A stretch of DNA of 64,000 bases. It comes from Gaiellaceae bacterium (GTDB taxonomy: Bacteria > Actinomycetota > Thermoleophilia > Gaiellales > Gaiellaceae). The stretch covers positions 5,993 through 69,992 of the forward strand of contig DATHDS010000032.1 in assembly GCA_035318925.1 (NCBI GenBank), in the 5' to 3' direction. How positions within the stretch are numbered: the first letter of the stretch is position 1; every line of letters begins with the position of its first letter. The notes below the pieces were generated by a model. The model was not told the origin of the DNA, ran no database searches, and saw nothing but the letters and a program-made list of their open reading frames with translations. Shown here in pieces: positions 27,746-38,223 of this stretch. The position numbers and the translations under genes were made by a program.

Positions 27746-27759
<14 letters not shown>
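26743..27759 (+). CDS. glutamyl-tRNA synthetase family protein, unusually short (338 aa)
   Basis: RFAPSPTGSIHVGNA (HIGH), YQLATVVDD, THVIRGSDH, KLSKR (KMSKS) and a C-terminal LRLALTGRERGPELW like the end of GluRS. Most of the acceptor-binding insertion and of the anticodon-binding domain seem to be missing. Confidence 0.75.
26988..27014. repeat. 27-nt palindrome inside gltX-like gene, copy 2 (26/27 identical to copy 1)
   Basis: GACTTTGCAACAG A CTGTTGCTAAGTC. It has the same codon phase as copy 1 and also translates to TLQQTVAKS; the single difference is synonymous. Confidence 0.95.
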
Positions 27760-29028
<1,269 letters not shown>

Positions 29029-29032
<4 letters not shown>

Positions 29033-29751
29033 CCGCGGCGGCGGAGCAGGTCTACGGCCGGCGGCCGGTGCACGAGGCGCTGCGCGGCCCGCGCGAGGTG
29101 CGCGAGCTCTGGGTGACTGAGCGCGCCCTGTCCGCAGAGCCGTGGCTCCAAGAGCCACGTCCTGGGACCAGGTCCCAGGCCAAGGCCGAACGGGAGCTGA
29201 CCGAAAAGGCCGGGACCCGCGATCACCAGGGCGTCCTGGCCTTCTGCGAGCCGTACCGCTACGCGGACGCGTTCGAGCTCGCGGCCGAGCCGAGCCCGCT
29301 GCTCGTGTGCCTCGACCGCGTGACCGACCCGCACAACCTCGGGGCCGTCTGCCGGGCCGCAGAGGGAGCCGGGGCGTCGGGCGTGATCGTCCCGGCGCAC
29401 GGGTCGGCTCGCGTGACCCCGGCCGTCTGCCGAGCCTCGGCGGGGGCGGTCGAGCACGTCCGGCTCGCCGTCGTGCCGAACCTCGCCCGCTACCTCGAGC
29501 AGGCGAAGGGCACGGACCTCTGGGTCTACGGCGCCGCTGGCGATGCCGGGAAGCCGATGTGGGAGACCGACCTCACCGGCGGCGCGGCCTTCGTCTTCGG
29601 GGCGGAGGGTCGCGGTCTGCGGCCTCTCGTCCGGCGCACCTGCGACGAGCTCGTCTCGATCCCGCTCGCCGGCAGCGTCGAGTCGCTGAACGTCAGCGTC
29701 GCGGCGGCCGTCCTGCTCTACGAAGCGCGCAGGCAGCGCAACGATGCCTGA
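29029..29751 (+). CDS. rlmB: 23S rRNA 2'-O-ribose methyltransferase, SpoU/TrmH family (RlmB-like)
   Basis: The ATG at 29029 overlaps the cysS stop. Motifs are DRVTDPHNLGAVCRAAEGAG, FVFGAEGRGL and IPLAGSVESLNVSVAAAV. Confidence 0.85.
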
Positions 29752-30181
29752 TCCGACCCTCTACCTCTTCGACGGGTTCAACCTCCTGCACGTCGGCGGC
29801 TTCGAGGATTCGCGGGAACTGACCGACAAGCTTGCGAGCTTCGTCGCGGAGAAGGGTGCCCGCGGCGTGCTCGTCTTCGACGGGAGCGGGGAGGACCTGA
29901 GCTACGGGCCGCTCCAGGTCCGCTTCGCCGAGGATGCCGATACGTTGCTCGAGCGGCTGGCCGCCGAGCATCGCGATCAGGAGCGCGTATGCCTCGTTTC
30001 GTCGGACTCTGCGGTACGAGGAACGTCCGGCCAGAAGGTGATGAAGCTCTCCTCGGCCACCTTCACGCGCGACTTCGTCCTGGAGTCCCACGAGGAGGGA
30101 CGGCCGATGCGCGTCGAAGACAAGCTCGACCCCGAAACGAGAGCACGACTCGAAAAGCTGCGCCGCGGGCAAGGTCCATAA
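29744..30181 (+). CDS. NYN-domain YacP/Rae1-like protein
   Basis: LYLFDGFNLLH and VLVFDG motifs. Its position between rlmB and sigH matches the Bacillus yacO-yacP-sigH order. Confidence 0.7.
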   Translation: MPDPTLYLFDGFNLLHVGGFEDSRELTDKLASFVAEKGARGVLVFDGSGEDLSYGPLQVRFAEDADTLLERLAAEHRDQERVCLVSSDSAVRGTSGQKVMKLSSATFTRDFVLESHEEGRPMRVEDKLDPETRARLEKLRRGQGP

Positions 30182-30285
30182 GAAGCGGGACCTTTGCAGT
30201 TTTCTTGTAATTCCTTGACATAGTTGCTACGTTGGCGCTAGCGAAAGGGTGAGATTGCAAGTGCTCGCCCCGACCTCAACTCAAT

Positions 30286-30954
30286 ATGGCCGCCGCCCGT
30301 CCAGCCCCTGCGCTCCGCCGACAACAGAAAGCGGAACGTGAGCTTGAGGATTTGCAGCTCGTCATCAGGGCTCGCAACGGCGACGAGAAGGCGATGGACT
30401 ACCTCATTCGCCGCTACACCGGTTTCGTCCGGCTGAAGGCCAGCTCGTACTTCCTGGCCGGCGGCGACGGCGAGGATCTCGTGCAGGAGGGCCTGATCGG
30501 GCTCTACAAGGCGGTCCGCGATTTCCGGCACGACAAGGAGACCTCGTTCCGGTCGTTCGCCGAGCTCTGCGTGACGCGGCAGATCATCACGGCGATCAAG
30601 ACGGCGACCAGGTTCAAGCACTCGCCGCTCAATACATATGTCTCGTTCAGCCACACGCCGGCGGGTCAGGACAACGACGGCGAATGCACGCTCGGCGACG
30701 CCCTGCCCGGATCGCATGTGAACGACCCGGTGGTTTCGGTGATCTCGACGGAGGAGCTGCAGAGCCTCGTCTTCTGCCTGGGCTCGGGACTCTCGAAGCT
30801 CGAAGCCGATGCGCTAAAGCTCTACCTCGAGGGCGCGTCCTACGAGGACATGGCCGAGGGCCTCGGCTGCGACACGAAGACGATCGACAACGCCCTCCAG
30901 CGAGTCAAGCGGAAGATCTACACACACCAGCGCTCGCGCCAGGTTCTGAGCTAA
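30286..30954 (+). CDS. sigH: sigma-70 family sigma factor of the Spo0H/SigH type
   Basis: Near-colinear with Bacillus subtilis SigH as I recall it: DYLIRRYTGFVRLKASSYFLAGGDGEDLVQEGLIGLYKAVRDF, SFRSFAELCVTRQIITAIKTATRFKHSPLNTY, and C-terminal IDNALQRVKRKI. Confidence 0.85.
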   Translation: MAAARPAPALRRQQKAERELEDLQLVIRARNGDEKAMDYLIRRYTGFVRLKASSYFLAGGDGEDLVQEGLIGLYKAVRDFRHDKETSFRSFAELCVTRQIITAIKTATRFKHSPLNTYVSFSHTPAGQDNDGECTLGDALPGSHVNDPVVSVISTEELQSLVFCLGSGLSKLEADALKLYLEGASYEDMAEGLGCDTKTIDNALQRVKRKIYTHQRSRQVLS

Positions 30955-31378
30955 CCGGAGCAGCTCGGCCAATCTCAAATTGGGCCGCCAGGCGGACCCC
31001 GAGCCGCTGATTGTTCCGTGCCGGGTGTACGCGTAGCCTTGCCTGCCTTCTCAAAGGCACTTCTGCGATCGGGACCAGGTAGCTGCGCCTGGTCTCCGGG
31101 CAGAAGACGGCGAAGTAGTCGATCTCTCCCAGGTAGTCACGCTTGATCACACGCGGATTTGGGTGGTGAGCGTACGAGCTGCATGTGTTGAAGAGGACTG
31201 CTCCACCTCGCAGCCGCCCGGTCTTGCATTGCACGCGTGCGAGGCTTGAGCCGTCATCGATAACGAGGTCGTACCGGGTGTTCTCCCCAAACGGTACGAG
31301 CAGGTCGTAGCCGGCTTCATGAAGCGCGAGCATTACGGCCAGCGTCGACCTGTCACCGATTGCTTTTGGATGCTCCAT
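30905..31378 (-). CDS. PD-(D/E)XK endonuclease-like protein (PDDEXK_5-like)
   Basis: The internal ATG at 31378 gives MEHPKAIGDRSTLAVMLALHEAGYDLLVPFGENTRYDLVIDD..ARVQCKTG, the D...QxK pattern of the small phage/intron-associated nuclease family. GC is lower than the surroundings, and the 3' end overlaps the sigH 3' end by 50 nt. Confidence 0.6.
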   Translation of the reverse strand: MEHPKAIGDRSTLAVMLALHEAGYDLLVPFGENTRYDLVIDDGSSLARVQCKTGRLRGGAVLFNTCSSYAHHPNPRVIKRDYLGEIDYFAVFCPETRRSYLVPIAEVPLRRQARLRVHPARNNQRLGVRLAAQFEIGRAAPVSSEPGASAGVCRSSA

Positions 31379-31453
31379 TCGCTGAGCGTGCCTGACGCAT
31401 CGGCTGGGCCGTGTCCAAAATAGACAACGCACGTTCGCCTACCATGAGCGTAC

Positions 31454-31526
31454 GCCGGAGTAGCTCAGCTGGAAGAGCAGCTCACTTGTAATGAGCAGGC
31501 CGTCGGTTCGAGTCCGACCTCCGGCT
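31454..31526 (+). tRNA. tRNA-Thr (anticodon UGU)
   Basis: Full cloverleaf by hand: acceptor GCCGGAG/CTCCGGC, D stem GCTC/GAGC, anticodon stem GCTCA/TGAGC with loop CTTGTAA, T arm GTCGG-TTCGAGT-CCGAC. 73 nt, with no encoded CCA. Confidence 0.95.
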
Positions 31527-31527
31527 T

Positions 31528-31921
31528 TTGAAGTTCGCGTGGCAAGAGGGTGACGAGCGAGTTGTCGGCTCATCCGACGAGCTGGCGGATCTCCTCGGCG
31601 TCAGCAGGAGAAAGCTTCCCGATCGGGGTTCTGACCGCCGAATCGGGTGGCGAGCTGCATATCGGGCTCGGCCATCCTTCCCTCAGTGTGCTCCTGTATT
31701 TCCCCCCAAGGTATGAGGGGGTGGGGTCGATGCATGGTGTCGGTCATGACGAGAGGCGGGATCGCGAGGACGAGCCTCTCCTGACCTTCTTTTCGTTCAC
31801 TCATCACAGCGAGTTCCCGCAGTGGATGGGCATACCGAAGGAGGAAGCCCGAGAGGCGCTGCAGCAGTTCTTTCAAGCGGACGGTCTCCTGCCGCCGGGG
31901 ATTCGTTGGGAATTGGACTAG
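31528..31921 (+). pseudogene. possible frameshifted Imm1-like immunity protein gene
   Basis: The C-terminal frame (31550 frame) reads ELHIGLGHPSLSVLLYF..FTHHSEFPQWMGIPKEEAREALQQFFQADGLLPPGIRW, which resembles Imm1-type immunity proteins. The protein-like N-terminus (KFAWQEGDERVVGSSDELADLLGVS) is in the adjacent frame, with the switch near 31600. Confidence 0.35.
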
Positions 31922-32040
31922 ATCTGCAGGCTAAGATGCGTGCGGCGCCTACGGGTGCCTTCTCATGACGGATCGCTGACCGACACAGGAAATTCCCGCG
32001 CAGAGCCGCCGGCTCTGCCATTCGGTCAGGAGGTCCCTCG

Positions 32041-33681
32041 ATGCACCAGCAGGGCGGCACGCTTGCCGCACACGACATCACCATCCACCGCGGAGCCGAC
32101 GCGATTCTTGAGCGCGTCTCGCTTGCGGTTACACCCGGGAGCCGGATCGGCGTCGTCGGGCCGAACGGCCGCGGCAAGACGACGCTCCTGCGCGCGCTCG
32201 CCGGGCTCGAGCCGCTCGACGCCGGCTCGATCAGCCGCAACCCGCAGACGTTGCGCATCGGCTATCTCCCGCAGGAGCGCGACCTCGCGGCCGAGGAGAC
32301 TCTGCTCGCCTATCTGGCGCGCCGCACCGGTGTGGGTGAGGTCGAGGCGGAGCTCGCGGCGCTGGAAGCCGCGCTCGAGCGCGACCCTTCGGCCACCGAG
32401 GCGCATGCAGAGGCGCTCGATCGCTTCCTCGCGCTCGGTGGAGACGATTTCGAAGTGCGCGCCCGCGGAGTGCTCGCGGACGTCGGCCTCGACGTGCCGC
32501 TCGACCGGCCCGCAGGCGCGCTCTCGGGCGGCGAGAAGGGCCGGGCGGCGCTCGCCTCGATCCTGCTCGCGCGCTTCGACATGTTCCTACTCGACGAGCC
32601 GACGAACGACCTCGACTTCGCCGGGCTCGAGCTCCTGGAGCGCTTCCTGCTCGGCGTCCAGGGAGGCGTCGTGCTCGTCTCCCACGACCGGGCCCTCCTC
32701 GACCGGACGGTGAACCGAATCGTCGAGCTCGAGTCGGGAACGCAGCGCGTGCACCACTACGCGGGCGGCTGGAGCGAGTTCGAGGCGGCGCGGGCCCATG
32801 GGCGCGCCGAGCACGAGCGAGCCTTCGCGCACTGGAGCAGCGAACGTGAGCGCTTCACGGAGCTTCACCAGGATCGCCGCGAGCAGGCGCGCGCCGGTGG
32901 GAAGCAGGCAAGCCGCCGCGGGACGCATGCGCTGATGTCGAAGACCCGCGCTGCGGCGCGCCGGCTCCAGTGGCTCGAGAGCGACCGGGTCGAGAAGCCG
33001 TGGCAGCCGTGGGAGCTGCAGCTCGATCTCGCACCGGAAGGGCGCTCGGGCGATCTCGTGGTCTCGCTCGAAGGCGCCTTCCTCGAGCGGGACTCTTTCC
33101 GCCTCGGCCCGATCGACGTGCACGTCGGCTGGGGAGAGCGGATCTCGATCGTCGGCCCGAACGGGAGCGGGAAGACGACGCTCCTCGACGGGATCCTCGG
33201 GCGACTTCCGCTCACGGCCGGGTCACGGCGGGTCGGTCCCTCTGTCGTTTTCGGCGAGCTTGGCCAGGCGCGGGCGCTCTTCCCGCCAGGCGAGCCTCTG
33301 CTCGGCTCCTTCTGCGAGGCGGCTGGGATCTCGGAGGGCGAAGCCCGGACGCTGCTGGCGAAGTTCGATCTCTACGCCGCGCATGTTCTCCGACCGGCAG
33401 AGACTCTCTCGCCTGGTGAGCGGACGCGCGCCGAGCTTGCGGTTCAGGCGGCGCGAGGAGCCGGTTGCCTCGTCCTCGACGAGCCGACGAACCATCTCGA
33501 CCTGCCGGCCGTGGAGGAGCTCGAGCGGGCGCTCAGCGTGTACGACGGGACGCTGATCCTCGTCTCGCATGATCGGCGGTTCCTCGAGCAGGTCGGCGTG
33601 ACGAGGGTCGTCGAGCTCAGCTCGTCAGCGACTGCTCGAGGTCGGCCCAGAGCTCCTCGACGTCCTCCAGGCCGACGCTGA
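32041..33681 (+). CDS. ABC-F family ATPase (two ABC domains, no TM domain)
   Basis: GPNGRGKTT and GPNGSGKTT P-loops, LSGGEK/LSPGER signatures, and an Arg/Lys-rich linker of about 70 aa between the domains. Confidence 0.9.
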   Translation: MHQQGGTLAAHDITIHRGADAILERVSLAVTPGSRIGVVGPNGRGKTTLLRALAGLEPLDAGSISRNPQTLRIGYLPQERDLAAEETLLAYLARRTGVGEVEAELAALEAALERDPSATEAHAEALDRFLALGGDDFEVRARGVLADVGLDVPLDRPAGALSGGEKGRAALASILLARFDMFLLDEPTNDLDFAGLELLERFLLGVQGGVVLVSHDRALLDRTVNRIVELESGTQRVHHYAGGWSEFEAARAHGRAEHERAFAHWSSERERFTELHQDRREQARAGGKQASRRGTHALMSKTRAAARRLQWLESDRVEKPWQPWELQLDLAPEGRSGDLVVSLEGAFLERDSFRLGPIDVHVGWGERISIVGPNGSGKTTLLDGILGRLPLTAGSRRVGPSVVFGELGQARALFPPGEPLLGSFCEAAGISEGEARTLLAKFDLYAAHVLRPAETLSPGERTRAELAVQAARGAGCLVLDEPTNHLDLPAVEELERALSVYDGTLILVSHDRRFLEQVGVTRVVELSSSATARGRPRAPRRPPGRR

Positions 33682-34573
33682 GGCGCAGCAGGCCCTTGGG
33701 CACGCGGTCGCCTTCCCAGCGGTACCGCGACTCCATCGACGACTCGACGCCGCCGAGGCTCGTCGCGTTCTTGATCAGCCGAGTCGAGGTCTCGACCTTC
33801 CGTGCGTCAGCGACGTCGAACGAGACGAGGCCGCCGAAGCCGGGGTAGCGAACGATCTCGACCTTCGGGTGTGCCTCGAGCCGGCCGGCGAGCTCCGTCG
33901 CCGTCTCGGTCTGGCGCCGAACACGAACCTCCAGCGTCTTCAGGCCGCGCAGGAGGAGCCACGCGGGGTCGGGCGCGGCGACGATGCCCGAGCGGCTCCG
34001 AAACTCGTGCAGGCGGGCCGCGGTCTCCGGATCGCGGCAGATGACGGCTCCGAGTAGCACGTCCGAATGGCCGCTCAGGTACTTCGTCGCGCTGTGCAGG
34101 ACGAGGTCGGCGCCGTACTCGAGCGGCCGGAGGTGAATCGGCGTCGCCGCGGTCGCATCGACGAGAACCGGCGCGGCGTTGGCTGCGGCGGCCTCGAAGT
34201 CGGGCATGGTCAGGAACGGGTTCGACGGAGCTTCGAGCCAGACGAGCTGAACGCCGTCGGGCGGCGGCCCGGTCTGGTCAAACTCGACGTGCTTGAGGCC
34301 CCAGCGCTCGAGCTCGCGGAAGAGCGTCGGAGTGCCGTAGTAGCAGCCCTCTGCGACCGCGACCGTCGCGCCGGGCTCGAGCAGCGCCAGGACGACCGCA
34401 GTTGTCGCTCCGGCACCGGATGAGAAGAGGAGCGCCTCACCGCCGTCGAGCTCGCCGAGGGCCTGCTCGGCGGCCACTCCTGTCGGATGCGAATACCGCT
34501 GGTAGTAGAACTCGCCGATCTCGCCGTCCTCGTACGGCCACAGGGTCGAACGGTCGAGCGGCGGGAGTCCCAC
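33617..34573 (-). CDS. Cys/Met-metabolism PLP-dependent enzyme (cystathionine gamma-synthase/beta-lyase family)
   Basis: YQRYSHPT and [18 protein letters not shown] (PLP lysine). The start is uncertain: the GTG at 34573 was chosen because the listed Met at 34696 would overlap the divergent pccB gene by 95 nt. Confidence 0.75.
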   Translation of the reverse strand: MGLPPLDRSTLWPYEDGEIGEFYYQRYSHPTGVAAEQALGELDGGEALLFSSGAGATTAVVLALLEPGATVAVAEGCYYGTPTLFRELERWGLKHVEFDQTGPPPDGVQLVWLEAPSNPFLTMPDFEAAAANAAPVLVDATAATPIHLRPLEYGADLVLHSATKYLSGHSDVLLGAVICRDPETAARLHEFRSRSGIVAAPDPAWLLLRGLKTLEVRVRRQTETATELAGRLEAHPKVEIVRYPGFGGLVSFDVADARKVETSTRLIKNATSLGGVESSMESRYRWEGDRVPKGLLRLSVGLEDVEELWADLEQSLTS

Positions 34574-34601
34574 GGGCCCGACTGTACTAGGCTGCTTCGC
34601 C

Positions 34602-36167
34602 GTGGCCTCGACCGACGAATCGACCCAGGGAAAGCTCGAGCGGCTCCAGAAGCTGCGCGAGGAAGCGGAGCACCCAGGCAGCGAGCAGGCCGTCAAGCGC
34701 CAGCACGACGCAGGGAAGATGCTGGCCCGCGAGCGGGTCGAGAAGCTGCTCGACCCGGGCTCGTTCGTCGAGCTCGACCGCTACGTTCGCCATCGCAACC
34801 CGCTCTTCGGGATGATGGAGCGGCGGCCCTACGGTGACGCGGTCGTGACCGGCTACGGGACGATCTTCGGCCGCAAGGTCTTCGTCTTCTCGCAGGACTT
34901 CACGATCTTCGGCGGCAGCCTCTCGGAGGCCTTCGCCGAGAAAATCGTCAAGGTCATGGATCTCGCCGCGAAGTACGGGTGCCCGGTGATCGGGATCAAC
35001 GACTCGGGCGGCGCGCGGATCCAGGAGGGCGTCGTCTCGCTCGCCGGCTACGCGGAGATCTTCTGGCGCAACGTGCAGGCGTCGGGCGTGATCCCGCAGA
35101 TCAGCCTCGTGATGGGGCCGACCGCCGGCGGTGCCGTCTACTCCCCTGCAATGACCGACTTCGTGCTGATGGTCGAGGGCACGTCCTACATGTTCATCAC
35201 CGGTCCCGACGTGGTGAAGACGGTGACCGGCGAGGAGGTCAGCTTCGAGGAGCTGGGCGGCGCGGTGACCCACGCGTCGAAGTCCGGTGTCGCGCACTTC
35301 ACGGCGCCGAGCGAGGAGGCGTGCCTCGAGGACGCCCGCTACCTGCTCTCGTTCCTCCCTCAGAACAACCTCGACCCGCCGCCGTACTCCGAGCCCTCCG
35401 ACCCGGTCGATCGCGCGGATGCCGAGCTCGACTCGCTGATCCCGGACAACCCGAACAAGCCGTACGACATGAAGGACATCGTCCGGCGGGTCGTCGACGA
35501 CGGCGAGTTCCTCGAAGTGCACGAGCGCTTCGCCCAGAACATCGTCTGCGGGTTCGCCCGGCTCGGCGGCCATTCGGTCGGGGTCGTCGGGAACCAGCCC
35601 CACGCGCTGGCCGGGGTGCTCGACATCAACTCGTCCGTGAAGGCCGCCCGGTTCGTGCGGACATGCGATGCGTTCAACATCCCGCTCGTCACGTTCGTCG
35701 ACGTGCCGGGGTTCCTGCCCGGGACCGCCCAGGAGTGGGGCGGGATCATCCGCCATGGCGCGAAGCTGCTGTACGCGTACTGCGAGGCAACGGTGCCCAA
35801 GCTGGCGGTGATCACGCGGAAGGCGTACGGCGGCGCGTACGACGTCATGAGCTCGAAGCACATTCGCGCCGACTTCAACTTCGCGTGGCCGACCGCCGAG
35901 GTTGCGGTGATGGGCCCGGAGGGCGCGGTCAACATCGTTTTCCGGAAGGAGCTGGAAGAGGCCGCCGACGCCGAGGCGCGCAAGGACGAGCTCGTCGCCG
36001 ACTACCGCGAGCAGTTCGCCAATCCGTACGTCGCCGCCGAGCGCGGTTACGTGGACGAGGTGATCGAGCCGCGCCGAACGAGGCCCCTGCTGATCGACGC
36101 GCTGCAGACCTCGCTCACGAAGCGCGAGCCGCGCCCGCGCCGCAAGCACGGAAACATCCCGCTGTAG
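34602..36167 (+). CDS. acyl-CoA carboxylase carboxyltransferase (beta) subunit, PccB/AccD-like
   Basis: [41 protein letters not shown] and [12 protein letters not shown] motifs. Confidence 0.9.
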   Translation: MASTDESTQGKLERLQKLREEAEHPGSEQAVKRQHDAGKMLARERVEKLLDPGSFVELDRYVRHRNPLFGMMERRPYGDAVVTGYGTIFGRKVFVFSQDFTIFGGSLSEAFAEKIVKVMDLAAKYGCPVIGINDSGGARIQEGVVSLAGYAEIFWRNVQASGVIPQISLVMGPTAGGAVYSPAMTDFVLMVEGTSYMFITGPDVVKTVTGEEVSFEELGGAVTHASKSGVAHFTAPSEEACLEDARYLLSFLPQNNLDPPPYSEPSDPVDRADAELDSLIPDNPNKPYDMKDIVRRVVDDGEFLEVHERFAQNIVCGFARLGGHSVGVVGNQPHALAGVLDINSSVKAARFVRTCDAFNIPLVTFVDVPGFLPGTAQEWGGIIRHGAKLLYAYCEATVPKLAVITRKAYGGAYDVMSSKHIRADFNFAWPTAEVAVMGPEGAVNIVFRKELEEAADAEARKDELVADYREQFANPYVAAERGYVDEVIEPRRTRPLLIDALQTSLTKREPRPRRKHGNIPL

Positions 36168-36213
36168 ATCGCGCCGCTCGAGGTCGCGCCGCCCTTTGGC
36201 TGCGGTACCCGTG

Positions 36214-36255
36214 ACCTCCTCCCCGATTTGATCGTAACGAGGAAGTTCGCGCGCG
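36214..36255. repeat. 42-nt motif, copy a (ACCTCCTCCCCGATTTGATCGTAACGAGGAAGTTCGCGCGCG)
   Basis: About 80% identical to 51587-51628, with an identical 15-mer ACCTCCTCCCCGATT. The reverse strand carries GGGGAGGAGGT. Confidence 0.8.
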
Positions 36256-36405
36256 TGGGTGTCGGAAGTGCGCCGAAACTGTGACGGCGCCGCGGGCCGG
36301 CTTCCGCTCGCGCGTCAGTCTCGCCGCAGCACCGAGAGATCCTGGTGAGGATTTCCGGTGGCTCCTTGTGGGACGTGCTCGAGCAGCTCGCGTCGAGCCG
36401 ACAGG

Positions 36406-38196
36406 CTACGAGGCGATTGCTTCTGCGAACTCGACGCCCGCGGCAGGCGCGAGCTCGTCGCTCAGCGCCGCGACGACCGCGGGGTCGAACTGGGTGCCCG
36501 CACAGCGCTCGAGCTCGGCGAGCGCGTCCTCCTGCGCCAGACGGCCTCGATAGACGCGATCCGAGGTCATGGCGTCGTATGCATCGACGACGAAGATGAT
36601 CCGGGAGCCGAGCGGGATCTCCGGGCCGGGCAGGCGATCGGGGTATCCGGTCCCGTCCCAGCGCTCGTGGTGGTGGAGGATCCACTCGGCAACGGGATCG
36701 ATGCCGAGGCTGTCCAGCATCCGGAAACCGATCTGCGGGTGTCGTTCGAGGACAAGCCGCTCAGGCCCCGTCAGCGGGCCGGGCTTGCGGAGGATCTCCT
36801 CGGGGATCGCAAGCTTGCCGAGGTCGTGCAGGCTGCCCGCAAGGCGGGAGAGCTCGACCTGCTCCTGGTCGAGCCCGAGGCGAGCCGCGACCCGTGCGGC
36901 GAGGTCGGCGACGCGCGCCGAGTGACTTCCCGTATACGTGTCCCTGAGGTCGACCGCCTTCGCGAGGCTCGCAGCGGCGCGGAACCGCGCGGCGCGATCC
37001 GGGCCTGTCGCGAGTCGCCTGAGCTCAGCGAGCTCGACGACGTCCGGCCGGTAGACGTGTACGCGGTTCTTGCCGTTCTCCTTGGCCCAGTAGAGAGCGC
37101 TGTCCGCGAGTCGAATCAGCTCGCCGCGGTCGGGCGCCTGGCGCGGGAATGTTGCGACACCGGCGGAGACGGTCACGGAGCCGACGTGATCGAGCCCGAC
37201 CTCCGCGATCCTCTCGATGATCGTGGCCGCGGTCTCGACCGCCTGGGTCTCGGCATAGCCGGGCAGGAGGAGTGCGAACTCGTCGCCGCCCAGCCGGAAG
37301 GCCTCGCCGTTCTGGCGCAGCGTCGTCGCGAGCTGCGAGAGGACCTTGTCGCCCACGGGATGGCCGAAGAGATCGTTGATGCGCTTGAAATCGTCCACGT
37401 CGATGAGGCAGAGGCTGAAGGGGCCTTCGTTCCGCTCGGCCTCCAGCAGCTCGCGCTCGAGTCGTTCGTGGAAATGTCGATGGTTGCCGAGCCCTGTCAG
37501 CGGATCGGTCAGCGCGAGCTTCATGGCCCGCAGCGCCCGGTACGTCGAGCGCTGATAGAGCGCGATCGCGAGCAGGGGGCCGACGAGGGCCGCCGAGAGC
37601 AACGGCGAGCGCTGCCAGAGCACGACGAGCACGAGTGCCGCCGATGCCATCAGCGCGAAGATCATGATCGTCCACCGCAGGCTGGCCTTGATCAGCTCGA
37701 AGAACGGCCGCCGGGCCGTCACGGCGACGACGAGCGAGATCAGCACGAGATTGAGTGCGTACTGCGTGGAGGCCGAAACGGCGACCTTCCCGATCAAGGC
37801 GTCGGTGCCGTCTCCGGGGATGAGGCTGACAAGGAGGCCGCCGACCGCCGCCGCGCATGCGAACACCGAGCCGTTGTACGCGATGCGGATGATGGGTCGG
37901 TGCTCGGTCAGCTGGATGAGGACGGGCGCCGCGAACGCGACCAGGACGCCGGCGTCCCAGCCGAAGAGCACGATCGCGCTCGCCGCAAAGACGAACGAGA
38001 GTGAGACGCCCCCGCTGTTCGGTCCTTCGATCGGAACGGGGTAGCGGCTCGCCAGCGTCGAGGCGGCGAGCAGCGCGGTCACGCCCCAGAGCATGGAGGT
38101 GGTGTGGGCCTCGGTCGCGAACGAGTAGCCGGCGAAGAGCACGGACATGAGCCCCGCAAGGCAGACGGGAGCGACGATTGGCGTCAGGCGCGGCAT
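36406..38196 (-). CDS. membrane-anchored GGDEF diguanylate cyclase fused to HD-GYP phosphodiesterase
   Basis: About 7 N-terminal TM segments, GGDEF (DPLTGLGNHRHF..RLGGDEFALLL), and HD-GYP (SLHDLGKLAIP..HHERWDGTGYP). Confidence 0.9.
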   Translation of the reverse strand: MPRLTPIVAPVCLAGLMSVLFAGYSFATEAHTTSMLWGVTALLAASTLASRYPVPIEGPNSGGVSLSFVFAASAIVLFGWDAGVLVAFAAPVLIQLTEHRPIIRIAYNGSVFACAAAVGGLLVSLIPGDGTDALIGKVAVSASTQYALNLVLISLVVAVTARRPFFELIKASLRWTIMIFALMASAALVLVVLWQRSPLLSAALVGPLLAIALYQRSTYRALRAMKLALTDPLTGLGNHRHFHERLERELLEAERNEGPFSLCLIDVDDFKRINDLFGHPVGDKVLSQLATTLRQNGEAFRLGGDEFALLLPGYAETQAVETAATIIERIAEVGLDHVGSVTVSAGVATFPRQAPDRGELIRLADSALYWAKENGKNRVHVYRPDVVELAELRRLATGPDRAARFRAAASLAKAVDLRDTYTGSHSARVADLAARVAARLGLDQEQVELSRLAGSLHDLGKLAIPEEILRKPGPLTGPERLVLERHPQIGFRMLDSLGIDPVAEWILHHHERWDGTGYPDRLPGPEIPLGSRIIFVVDAYDAMTSDRVYRGRLAQEDALAELERCAGTQFDPAVVAALSDELAPAAGVEFAEAIAS

Positions 38197-38223
38197 CTTC
38201 CCTCTCCTCTCAGGCTCGTCCCG

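Noticed and set aside
29161-29179. CCTGGGACC-A-GGTCCCAGG, a 9-1-9 perfect palindrome inside rlmB
   Set aside because: It is a single copy and GC-rich. A 9-bp inverted repeat is expected by chance about once in a window of this size and composition.
31797-32258. 153-aa minus-strand ORF and the 31940-32713 plus-strand ORF around the ABC-F start
   Set aside because: Both are out-of-frame shadows of the ABC-F gene and its leader. Neither has motifs, and both have an Arg/Ser-rich composition.
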